Assembly: GCA_905178155.1 (NCBI GenBank)
Contig: CAJINV010000001.1
Location: 11,701,832-11,765,831, forward strand
Direction: 5' to 3'
Length of the DNA stretch: 64,000 bases
Source of the DNA: Amoebophrya sp. A120
Lineage: Eukaryota; Protista; Dinoflagellata
The notes beneath the pieces are model-generated. The model was not told the DNA's origin. It did no database searches and worked only from the letters and a program-made list of their open reading frames with translations. Of this stretch, positions 49,899 through 61,400 are shown piece by piece; the stretch's first letter is position 1; each line of letters starts with the position of its first letter. A program made the position numbers and the translations under genes.

Positions 49899-50820
49899 GA
49901 TACCGCCGGCGTGGGGCTTCTATGCAAGAGCTTTCCCGCTATTTACTTCAAAAACAGTCCTCTCGGCTGCGCTGGACGGAAGTCCTAGTCTTGCTTTTGG
50001 TCGAGCAAAAATGCAGCGTGTCAATTCGCGGTACGACGCGAAAAATTCATTTCTTTTTTTCAAGTACTTCTGTTCATTCAGCAATAAAAGACGTTGCTAT
50101 GACGTGGAATAGCGATAAATGAAATTGAAGTTCCACATCTATCCTAATTTTGACCTCAACCATGACACCTGCTTCGCATCTATGACGACACACCCAAAAT
50201 CGTTGGCAAAGCCCTTATCGATAACTTCCAGTTCCGACATCCTCAGTCTGCTCTCATTCGAAATTGATCGACGTCCTAGCCCTCTCTCTGACGACGCTAT
50301 TCTCAAGTCACATTTAGATTTACGACGTCGATACGACATGAGTTTGAGCTTTTTTCGTCTGTTGAGCACACAGGCACGGATGCATACGTATGGAGGAAAT
50401 GCAGATGCGTTTCCATCCTCACGCCAAGGGCGATCTGCCTCACAAAATGGAAAAATCTATATTTTTTTTCGTTTTTGCAACGAGGGCGGTAGTACACAGG
50501 TGGAAGACGGTGCTCGACTCAGCCACGGCCGCTGCAGAATTCAAGTTCCCCCTGAGCTTGTCCTTTGGAAAATCGATCGCAAGCTTCGAAGCACAACCGG
50601 GTCTTAGGAAAGACAAAAGAATGCTTTGCAATGCAAGCTTTAAGACGACATTGCGGTAAAAAAATGCTCTAACCTTCGAAAAGGAGGAAACAGCTCGGAA
50701 AATTCTAATGGTATTCTTTTTTACATGAGAGGCTTCTATAATGAGAAGAATGCGGCAAAAAAAAGGACAGAAACTCAAACTCTCACCTTCACAATCAAAA
50801 TGTATGTGTTGAGAATCAAA

Positions 50821-53025
50821 TCACATCTTCGCCGCGGGTGCCTCGAACTGCCGGGCTAATTCTGCGACCTTTTTTGCTTGCCGCACACCGAGGTCGAGCA
50901 TGATCTCTTCTGAACCGCCTGGCACCGCCATCGCTCTGACTTCGCGACTTAAGCGCTCCACCTTCTCCCCCTGCCCACCCCGACTGTAGGACAAACCGCC
51001 GAAAATTTGCGCCGCTTCTCGCGCACAGTATTCCATTGTCTTCGTGCACTGGACCTGGGAAGTGTGTCGTGGGCACTTATTCAAACACTTCATTATGTGA
51101 TGGATAAGTCAATTAGAGACAAGCTGCAGCGATGTGCTGGGCATCTGCCTCAGTCATACCTTTTTTGAATGCAAAGGCAACTATTCCAAAAATCACCTTT
51201 GCAAGCGCCGTCATTCCGCCGAGCTTCAGATCCGCTTCTTTCTTCTCCATTTTGTCCATGTTGTAGCACAAGGTTTCCAGCCATGCGTGCGTTGCTTCTA
51301 TTTCGCGGGTCATTTCCCCGATCTTCCATCGGATCACCGGGTGGTCGACCAGCTTTTTCCCGAAGGTCTTCCTCTTGTTGGCAAACTTAATGCTTTCTTC
51401 CAAACACACTCTGGCAAATCGGTTGGACATGTAGCAGATCAGCAGCCGCTCGTGATTAAAGTTGGAAACAATGTACCTTGGTGGTAAAGATTTTTATCAG
51501 GGATTTCTAGCAAGAGTGGGGGGAAAGCGTCGCAACAGCCTGTCAAGCAGCCTGAATCCCGTCTCATTCATCGCATCAAAGAAAAAACATAGCATCAAGT
51601 ACTTGAAGCCCTTGTTTTCCTTGCCGATGAGATTACTGCACGGGACTTTCACGTTATCAAACGTGACATAGGTGGTGCCGGAGCACCACATACCGGAGCA
51701 GTCCATTCGCCGCGTCTTTACCCCGGGCCCGCGCTCCACTAACAGCATGCTCACGCCACCCGCCCCTGCCTCGCCGGTTCGAACGGCGACCGTGAAGTAG
51801 TCTGCCCAGATGCCTGAAATTTTCAAACATACGAAGTGGTTGCCTTGAGTTCGATACCCGATCCTGATCAGCATTCAGTGCGCAAAAGAATTCAGTACTT
51901 CTTTCACCATTCTCAAACATACTGTACCGTTGGTGATCCACTTTTTCTCCCCGTTCAATATGTAGTGGTCGCCCTTCTTTTCTGCTCGGCACCGAATCTG
52001 TGCCACGTCGCTGCCGGCCATCGGCTCCGTGATCGCTAGTATGACCTGCTCAAACGTTACAATCTCAAACGTTACAATAGAATCTGGGATTTGTCTTGCA
52101 TAATGACCATGACAGACTCGCAGACCGTTCCATTTTCTGCAACACAAATTTCGGCAGATTGTAGTGCGGTTTGGGACTCCGTAACTTGTGATGCGCAGTC
52201 CTATGAGACTTCGCCAGATCATGCACTTCTTGCATCGCAGATTTCCAAATTCTATTGTAACGTTTGAGATTGTAACGTTTGAGCAGGTCATAGCTAGACA
52301 GATGATTTTCTCCCCTCGCAAAACGGGTCCGACGACCTTGTCTTGCAACGCCGGCGATCCTATCAAATGCAAAAATGTCTGGGTCTGGAAACTTGTGATG
52401 CTAAAATGTCCATGATGGAAACACTTCCGAATGCAGTCCAGCATGACAACTTCCCAAAACGCTCTCTCATAGGCAGAGCATGACAAACTGCGCCTTTGCT
52501 GCGACTTTTGTTGGTTATGCAATACAGATTTCCCAGGAGTGTAGAGCTAGCATTGCAAGTTCCATCCTTCCAGACCCAGACAGTTTTGCAGTGCATAGAT
52601 CCATACCGCAGAACCGGTGGCAGGCCAATGCAGAGGCCGCCGTTGATCCCCCACCCGACGCCGCCGCTTCCGGTACGACTGAATTCGTCGATAACGATGA
52701 ATTCGTGGAAGGAGTCCAGCTCTTCCTCCTTGCCCCTCAAACAGGGCGGCAGGTTCACGTGCTTCGTTGGAAAGGGGTGCCCGACGCAAAGCGCGTGGAT
52801 GCCGGAGTCGCCGATTTTTTTCAGCGTCTCCTTCGGTATTTCCTTGGCCTCGTCCCACTCGTGGCAATAGGGCAAAATGTGCTCCTCCACCATCTCGCGC
52901 ACGTACTTGCGCAGCTCGATGTGGCTCTGCTTGTAGTACGGCGAGTACTGCCCCTGGTACCAGTACGGATCGCTGAAGGGGTTACCATCCCCGAAACTGT
53001 CCACCTTCCACTTCGAAATGTCCAT
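50821..53025 (-). CDS. Acyl-CoA dehydrogenase family protein
   Basis: [43 protein letters not shown]; [13 protein letters not shown]; NFNHER; [19 protein letters not shown]; [42 protein letters not shown]. Confidence 0.95.
52040..52292. mobile_element. Introner family D (253 bp) with a perfect ~44-bp TIR
   Basis: TATGACCTGCTCAAACGTTACAATCTCAAACGTTACAATAGAAT and its exact reverse complement at the other end. Perfect GCTAG direct repeats. Splits the conserved CLA|ITEP motif. Confidence 0.95.
52361..52597. mobile_element. Introner family A (237 bp)
   Basis: TATCAAATGCAAAAATGTCTGGGTCTGGAA ... TTCCAGACCCAGACAGTTTTGCAGTGCATA. Perfect GATCC direct repeats. Removal gives LRYGS-PALQ. Confidence 0.93.
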
Positions 53026-53464
53026 TATGTGATAAAATTACTTAATACGTGTTTGCTGAGATAATTCCCTTCAATTTTATTCCAACCGAACTTTATGGAT
53101 ACACAGCTTCGTTTGATCAATTATGGGAATGGTGGGGATGTGAGATTTGATGCAGGTGCTTACACAGGGTTCGCTGATTTTGCCCCTGAACCGATTTCTT
53201 TGAAGATGTCGGAAAAAACATTTACGGGTAGCAGAGAGACAAGATAGAGTAGGTACGGAGGCTCTACGCGTTGAAACCTGTTATCTGGACCGACCTTCAG
53301 ATTTACAAATTAGGCAAGCCATGCTCGTCCGTCGTTGGATTCTGGAAACACACACGCAGTAAGCTCATGCCACAGAAGCGATGCCACGCCGAGGCCTTTG
53401 GTAGTAAGTACTATTGCGCTTGGTAATATTGTCGCGATGGAATTAATACGTACGCGTTGTACCT

Positions 53465-54793
53465 TCAAGGTGCAGTTCCGTTTCCCAGAAAATCTGTCTC
53501 GTACACGGGATTCAGTTCAAAGCGATTCTCTTGATTTTCATTTCCACTTTCCGGCGCCGCAGCTGCCTGCTGTTTCATCCGGCGCTTCGCCGCAAAGCGC
53601 GCGAGGTAATTCGTGGCGTTGCTGGCAGCCGCACTCACGACAACCTCGGGCAACTCGACGCTCGGGGTGAAAGCAGCGACTTGCGAAACCTTTTGAAAAG
53701 CCGGCGGGAGATCCTCTACGTTGCGCCGCTTTTTCCGCACTCGTGCGCACATCTCGCAATAGAATTTCCCACGATGTCTCCCGTCGAGCGCAGGCAGCCG
53801 GGTCTGCTGTTTGCAAAGCGCTTCGAGTATTGGCTCCACTAGTGTTTGGAAAGAAGCCGCTTCATCTACTGTTTTTCCCTTCTTTTTCGCACCCGTTACG
53901 GTGCTGCCTATGGTACTTCCGCTACTGCTTGTTCCGGGCAGACCCAATAGTACCGCTGCAGCTCCATTTCTACTTCCGATCTCTTCCTCCGGCTGCAAAT
54001 CTATACGATTGCCAAGGCCCGCACAGTACGAATGAAAGAACTTCCAGCACCCCTCGCAAGGGAGACCTGTGCCTTCGCCTTCGTCAACGGCCCTAGAGCA
54101 GCACACGAAAGTGCGACTGCTGGAAGTAGCAGATCCGCTGGACGTTGAAGAGGATGCGGTGGAGGACAACGCCATAGACAACCCAGAGCCAACTAAACTT
54201 GTGATCTTGTCAACGTACTGCACTAAAAAGTATTGCTCGGAGTGTGATTCACACAACGCGTCCGCTGCTTTTAGCCTAGACTTCTGCTCTTTGCGCAATT
54301 TTTCAGCTTTTCGTCGCTCAGCTGGGAGTAACTGTTTGCGCTCCGTGAGTTTCGCGTTTCCAAGCAGGTTGGTGTCCAGGCCCAGTGACGCTTGCGGGTC
54401 ATTCTCCTCTTCGTTCGCACTCGCTGCATTGCTAGACTCTGAGGCATCGATTTGCCGACGGGCGAAAACAGCCACGTGCAGCGTATCTGGATCTTCATAG
54501 TCGTCTCCCCGCTTCCTTTTGCGGGAACCAGTGGCAGCTTCGGATTGACTCGCCAAAGAAAGATGAGTTTTCACCACCTCGCTCGGCCTGCCGGTACATA
54601 AGAGTACTCGCTGCAGACAGTGTGTGTGCACAGGGCGGTAATACCTTACGGCAGACGAGCTGCTGCTCGTGGTCCCCTCCGTTGCTTTGAACGGAACTGC
54701 GATTTGAGTGGAGAGTCCGGAGAGCTCATGTCCACAAATCCCGCACGTGTGTCCCGCAAGGCTCGAAACCGCAATGACCGCATCGGACGCCAT
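53465..54793 (-). CDS. PHD-finger-containing protein
   Basis: Intronless 442 aa. C4HC3-like pattern FVCCS...PCEGCWKFFHSYCAG...(long insert)...FYCEMC, N-terminal CGIC...HTHC, and NLS-like RKRKR. Confidence 0.65.
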   Translation of the reverse strand: MASDAVIAVSSLAGHTCGICGHELSGLSTQIAVPFKATEGTTSSSSSAVRYYRPVHTHCLQRVLLCTGRPSEVVKTHLSLASQSEAATGSRKRKRGDDYEDPDTLHVAVFARRQIDASESSNAASANEEENDPQASLGLDTNLLGNAKLTERKQLLPAERRKAEKLRKEQKSRLKAADALCESHSEQYFLVQYVDKITSLVGSGLSMALSSTASSSTSSGSATSSSRTFVCCSRAVDEGEGTGLPCEGCWKFFHSYCAGLGNRIDLQPEEEIGSRNGAAAVLLGLPGTSSSGSTIGSTVTGAKKKGKTVDEAASFQTLVEPILEALCKQQTRLPALDGRHRGKFYCEMCARVRKKRRNVEDLPPAFQKVSQVAAFTPSVELPEVVVSAAASNATNYLARFAAKRRMKQQAAAAPESGNENQENRFELNPVYETDFLGNGTAP

Positions 54794-55484
54794 TTCTCAC
54801 TCATTGCATACAGAAAAAAATTTCTTTGAAATTGAGAACAAAATGAGAGACAGACAAAACTGAAAAGTGTCAGTTAGCAGTGTAAACAGGACAAAGACTC
54901 GATGGATACCTTCATATTCTTTGCGTGAAGTCGAACAATAAATAAAAATATGTCTGGCGCTGTCTAGGAAAAAAGACGAGGTAATGGTGACCCTGCGTTT
55001 TGTGGTTGCTATATGAAACTTATGATGGGGACACAAAAGCAACACAGCGCCACGGTGGAAATTGCGAGATGACTTCTAGAAATTCACAATTTGGTCTATC
55101 TTTTTCTGAAAGAAAATCCGCTCAAAGAGTCGATCGTGCGATATCTCAACAACAACTCTCATTTTTTGAACTTAGTACTTTGTCTGCACTTGAAATTGCG
55201 AACAGCAAATAATTTTTTTCCCTTTAGTAGCATCAGCGTCCAGAAAAACGCCGGAAATTTTCCGCAAAATGGGCACATGTGCAAAATCCACCCAACCAGG
55301 TACGCGCACACCTGGTTGGTACTCGTCAAAAGCAACTTATTCTCGCCAGCTCGCAGCTGTTTTGCGTTCTTGTGATATTCAAATAAAAAGTCGTTGGGAC
55401 TGCTGTCGCCTGTATGAAATCATTCTGATCGTAATTGCGTCGAGGTCTCATCGTACAACAAACATGAATCGTGATCCCGCCTTG

Positions 55485-58400
55485 CTACATGTAGCCCGCA
55501 TTCATGCCCAAGTCTCTGCCGCTCCGAAACTGTGGGCTGTTGGTCATTTCCATTCCCTGCGCCCTGGGATCCATGTGGTACGTGCGGCCCGAGTTATCGA
55601 AAAGAGTTGTTTCGTCCGCCTTTCTGAAGGGGGTGTCGTAGTGCTGGTAGTGGGGCGCATACATTTGGTGCGTTTGGGGGGCCGGGTTTGCCATGTGCCC
55701 GCCGAACAGGAAGTAGCAGGAGCCGGCAACGATGAGAAGAAGCACGATGTACTGCCACAGGGAGGAGCCTTCACCTGAAAAATGTGTTGTAGAAGAAGAA
55801 TCACTAAAATCATCCATGCCTGGTCACCACACGACCAAAGAAAGAGGGCAGGGCAGTTAGTTGCCAACCGCTGTCACGCAGAGCCGAAATAATGTACGTA
55901 CCTTGTGAGTAGTCCTGGGTTTTTGTCGCTGCGACTGGTCGGACAGGTTTGGCGCCCGGGAGCTGGACTTGTATCGTTTCGAGGAAGCCCTGCTCGCCCT
56001 CCACAACGACCGCTGCATTCCGGCCGGTGACTTCCTGCAGCAAAACGTTGACGGACTGCAAAGTCGCGGTGGATTTTTCTTGCACGACCTTAATGCTGGG
56101 GTCGGACGCTCGCACCTGGACGTCCCTTCCGCCGGTCCAAATGCGGAGAGACACGGCAGGGGAAGCAGAAGCTGTTTTTTTTTTTCGGAGGAGATTCTGA
56201 ATCAACATTATCAACTTCAAAGTCATAAACTTTCTCAATCCATCTTCAGTCTTCGTGTTTCTTATTCTTTCCAGAAGTCGATGAAAAAAATTTGCTTCAG
56301 AACCACGAAGAAAAAACCTCGAGCACGGCAGAAATGGCAAAAAAAATCAATACTGAGTCGCAGCCCCTGCGCGATGTCGAGTTCCCGGCCTGTCACGTCT
56401 AAAATGACGAATCCGGGGGTGAATGGCAGAGTCAATTGCCCCGCGGTGACGCGACTCGAGTCGTCGAAATCCGTGCTGCTGCCGTCCCAGACGTCCACGC
56501 GCAATTTTACGGCTTCTATTCTCTCCGACAGCGTCAGCAGCTTCGCCGTTTCCGGTATTCGCTTTTTCAAGTTGCAGGCTGGCCCACCGTCTAAGTCGCC
56601 GGGCTCGATGTGGCTGATCTCGAAAAACGTGGACAAAACTGCGTCTCCCGCGCACTTGATTTTCGTGTTCTGGATGAAAAACGGGCTGTGCGTTTCAAAC
56701 ACCCGTTTCTCCTCGTCCAACAAAGCAAGAGGTATTCTGTAGGCTTTATCCTTATTCCCATGGTGCGTCGTCAGCTGCACGTCTCGCGGTGCCTTGATCG
56801 TCGCAACCTTTTCGACCAACACGCTCGTGCTCTGCTCAAACTCGCCGCAGTAGAGCACTTTTGCTTCCCCGATGGCTTTTGCGACGGCGGTCCCGACGTT
56901 TGCGTTGGCGAAGTGCAGCACACGCGGGTTGGAAGATGACCAACGACCGTTGGGACACCTGGAAGATGTTAAGTAGGTTTGCACAGATTGATAATTGCAT
57001 GATGGAAGCACGATTTGTCGAACACGAGATGAGGTAGAAACTGCAAAAGAACAACAACCAATGGTCGAAAAGAAGAAACTTGCTTCGTAGTTCATCTACT
57101 CCAGTAAAATATACCTTTTTGCGTCCGCTACAGCATCGGTCGATCCAACATTTAAGTCCAGCGAGCTTTCGGATCTGATTCCAAAGCTCATGTCCCAGTG
57201 TTGCTCCAGGTATGGTCCCAGTCCGCTCAGACTCGCGGACCACAACGCCTCCACTTGCTCCGGGAGAATGGCGCTCACGTCGAGATACAGCTCGTGTGCG
57301 TTGGAAGTCGACTCCGTCTCTGACAACCTTCTGTGCGACACCACGCGGGCAAGCGTGCTCGTGGTCATCGCACTCGTACTACTGCTGTCGATCTGAATCG
57401 TACTCGTGCTTTTCCTGGATTCCAAAAGCAGATCGGAAATCTCCTTCTCCACAAGCTTTTTGTGCGACGTCTCCGAGTACTCCTTCACCCGGATCACCAG
57501 ATACCTTGTCTTGCTCGCAACAAAAAAGTTCGCGCGCGCGCCCGTGTGGAGCAGCAAATTTTCCGCTGGCTCCACCCCTTCTTCAACTTGGATGTTCGGG
57601 AGCTTACTCTGCGGCAACAGCGTTTCCCTCTTCGTGCAAACAGGCAAGACCTCGTAGAATGTCTGGTTGTGGTGCTGCACGGTAAACTGGACTGCAGAAC
57701 AACCGACGTCCTTCGCTCTGACGCGGATTTCGTTGCTGCCCGCGACTTCCGCGGTGACGATGGAATTGTGCGCGGAGAAAGCGGTGAGCTCCACCCCGCT
57801 GTCGGGGTAAAGCATCTCCGTGCCGCTCGCAAAAAGCGAAACCGCAACGACTGCGGACGACCCGACCGGGAGGGTGAGTTTCCCCTGTCGCTGCTCTTCC
57901 GTCGCCCAGTGTAAGTGGTTGGGCTGGTTGCTGTTCTTCTTGTTGCCGAACCTTTCCAGGCAGTTTTCCTGGCAAGTCAGGAGTTCATCCTCACCCTTGT
58001 GCAGCAGCCGGATTTCGTCGATCTTCCTCGCGGACACCGCCACAAGCCCCGGCTCCCGAGCGCTGTGCTGCATCAGCAAAACCCCGTCTCCCTCTTCCGG
58101 CCCGGTTTGCAAGAGGTTTTCCTGGATCGTGAACGTGCTGCCGCCGCGTACCTGTGCCACGTCGACGGTCAAACCCTCCACTCCGCCCGTGACGAGGGAA
58201 GTGAAATCCAAAGCGGACTGCAGCGGCAGGAAAGTGACCCGGCTGGACTCGCGGAGGATCGGTCTTCCCAGCGTGATGGCCTGCTCGAGTTTCAAATTTG
58301 TCCCCCCCGCACAGGAAATGTCGACCTGCACGCGGCTGGCACGGGACGCGGCTTCCAGACCTTCGAGTTTCTCGTCGCCAAAAGCTGCAATACCCGAAGA

Positions 58401-61400
58401 CGCAAAGACCCCGTCGCGCAGCTCCGCGCTCATTTGCGCGTTGTTGTGCAGTCGCTGCCCCGCGTCCACTTTCCATGCGAACATGCAGCCGTCGCCGTTC
58501 TGCGGATCTCCGATGAGTGCCGGCGTGAATGGCGTCTCGTCTGCGGTAAAAAGCTGCGCCACAAAATTTCTGGAAACGCTCAGCTTCATGTCGTCCGTCG
58601 GCTTTGCTGGCGCGGCAATCAGCGTGGCCCTCTTCGGCCAAGCAACCGTCACGTGACCGGATGCGGTCGCGAGCAGCTGCTCGGACTCGGCTTCACGAAC
58701 CTCCACTTCCACCGTGGTGGAACCCTCAGAAGTGAGGTGCAGCAGCCCCGTGGAATGGTCCACCGACACAACTGACGGGTCCTTTGAGGTATACCTGCAG
58801 GTGACGACGTGTCCGTGTGTGATTAGTCTCATAGGCAAGCTGAGTAATTCAGCAAGGCACGATTACTGAACTTTAGATGTGTAGATAGCTACTGCTATGC
58901 ACAGAAGCACTGTATAAAAGGAACCAATCAAGCAATACCTCAGAATCGTTCCCGATGTGGCTCCGCCCAACAGCGCAAACTCCGCCGTCTGTCGTGGTAA
59001 CCCGACCAGTCGGGCCGGGAACAGCTGCAAGCGCGGGAAGATCTTGATACTCAGAACCGGGCTCAAGACCGATTTGTCCTTCGTGCTACACCGGGCCGTG
59101 TAGTCGCCTACTTCCAGGTTTTTGAACCGCAAGAAGCCGTCGTCCCCGACTCCCCGCAGGAACTCCAATCCCGTGTACTTCGTCATCTCACGCTGCTGTT
59201 GTCCGGAAGCCCCCTGGCTAACCCGGCAGCTGAGTCCAGCGGACTTCCAGAGCTGTGGGCTTAAGTGAACGAGCCCACCACTACTGGAGGTGCCGTACAT
59301 GTCAAGACGGACGAGAACTGGTTTTCCCAGTTCGCCCTGCTTCTCCGTGTGCCGGAATTCCAGAGCGCCGACCTTTTGGAAGTCGAAGGAAAGCTCAATC
59401 GGTTTCGCCCCAAGCAACCCGTCGTCACTAATGCGCACCTCCCCCTCGCCGAGCACCTCGCTGGTCAGGTGCCACTGGCCCCGGCAGACGTTCTTCTGGC
59501 AGTCCGGTGCGCGGTAGCTAGCAGGCTTCAAGGCGCTCATGTCGCCGATAATATTTTCCGGGACAACCTTGTCTGCTGACGTGTCAGATGATACAGCTGC
59601 GGCAATGGTTGAATTGGTTTTTCCGCCCTTTTGCCCCCCAGCGGTTGTTCCTTTCTGGTCCTTCAACGGCATAATCTTCAGCTCCTTGGACTTGGACAAC
59701 TTCAGCGGCCACTGCCTGGATCCGCCCCGAATGGTGAACAGATACCATGCCCCAAACACGAAGGTCGATCCGGGCGTCCCCGGCCACTCAACTTCGACCG
59801 GGTGTGCCGGGCGGAGGGTCACTTTGTCCTGCTTTCCCAGGTACGCAGCGGTAATCACCACCTGTGCGCCGTCGCTCTCTGGCTCCGCACTGTCCGCTGG
59901 GCACTCGACTTGCAGTTTTGCGAGCGCGCCGTTCTGCTTCGCCGGAGTCACCACCGCGTTGCTCTTCCACTCCATGGTGGAGGGGTATTTCAAGGAAAGC
60001 AAAGGTCGGCCGTTCTGCGCGTACACCACCGTGACGAGGTCGTGCTCCTTTCTGGACCCGCACACCGCCGACATCGGATACAATGCGTCGCGGAGGGCGA
60101 ACTGCTCCCTCTCCCGGGAAAAAATGCGCAGGAAATCGGGTTTCGCGCAATGCAAATGTGCGCGGGTTGTGGTTTCGAGTTGCTCGGACGGCAGGAAAAT
60201 GCTGCCCTCCAAGACGACAACGCCCTCCGTGTCTTGGCACTGCACGAGAAAGCCGTCATCCGTTTCTTCCGTAATGGTCGCAATCTTGTCCACGTCCGCT
60301 GCTTTCGACGTACTAGCGCCCGGCGCTGCCATGAGCTTCAGCTTCTTCGTCTTCCCGGTCTTCTCCACTAGCGGCCCCTGGGTGAACTTCAACAACACCT
60401 TCGCGCCGAGCTCGACCGCTGCGGTGGTTAGTGGTTCTTCTTGCTTCTTCACTGTTGTTACGGCGGATGCTGTGGTGGTGCTGGTCGCCGTGGTTGTTGA
60501 GATTACCGGAGGCAAAAACGGCAGTTGGTTGACGAATTCGATTTGAATCGGGCGGAAGAAGGAAATTTCCTGGGCGTCAAAGGGTACGGTGTTGGCCGGA
60601 AAGTGCAGCGTGACGTCGCCCGTTTGGGAGGGTCGGACCTTCACCGAGCCGCAGGTTCCGAACCTGGGGTTCGTCGTGTCGACCGCAATCACCTTCGCGA
60701 TCCAGTCCGGTTCAACCAAAGACGCTTCCGGCATCAGGCCGGCACAGGAATGGAACCGCCAGTCGCTCTCGTCTAACCCGCTGTTGCGCGGTTGGGGAAT
60801 TCCGACAACCGGAACATCGACGGACTTGGCCACGCCGCCCTTCTCCGATGTCATGATAAAGGGCACCTGCTTGCTGACGGGCTCGAAAGCGAGCTTGCCA
60901 AGTTCTCGGACGTGGACCATGACCTGTTGATTCATTTGATTCAGGGATGAAGATTTCATTGTGTTTTCGAGACACCGAAGTCGCACGTTTAGCAAAGCTA
61001 CGCAATAACACGCAGACGTATACAAACCATAAAACCATTCCGAAAGTTTAAGCTAGCAGTAGCGAGTCATTACCTCAACGACGTTCTCGAAATTTGCCCG
61101 GTCTCGAATGGTCACCCGCGCATCGGTGACGGCAGTCTTCGTGGTGATTTTTCCGGTGGTGTCGACAACCACTTCTAAGGAGTCGGACAAATACTCGTAA
61201 GACCCTGTGCCACCGGTGATGGTAAGAGAAAACTCGTGCTTCGGCGGAAGGACCACACTCTCGAGGGAGGCCTTCAGCGGTGTGTACACCTGCACCTGGA
61301 GCTCTGCTGGCTTCAGCTTCGAGAAAGACACTGGAGTTGCTTTCTTCTTGTCTTTTCCCCCCGGCTTGGTCGAGAAGAGCTTCAATTTGTCCATCTTAAG

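Noticed and set aside
9363-52597. Recurring TGTCTGGGTCTGGAA and CCCCCTCCCCATAT sequences as CRISPR-like or tandem repeats
   Set aside because: They are dispersed inverted pairs bounding insertions in eukaryotic exons, with no regular repeat-spacer array and no cas genes.
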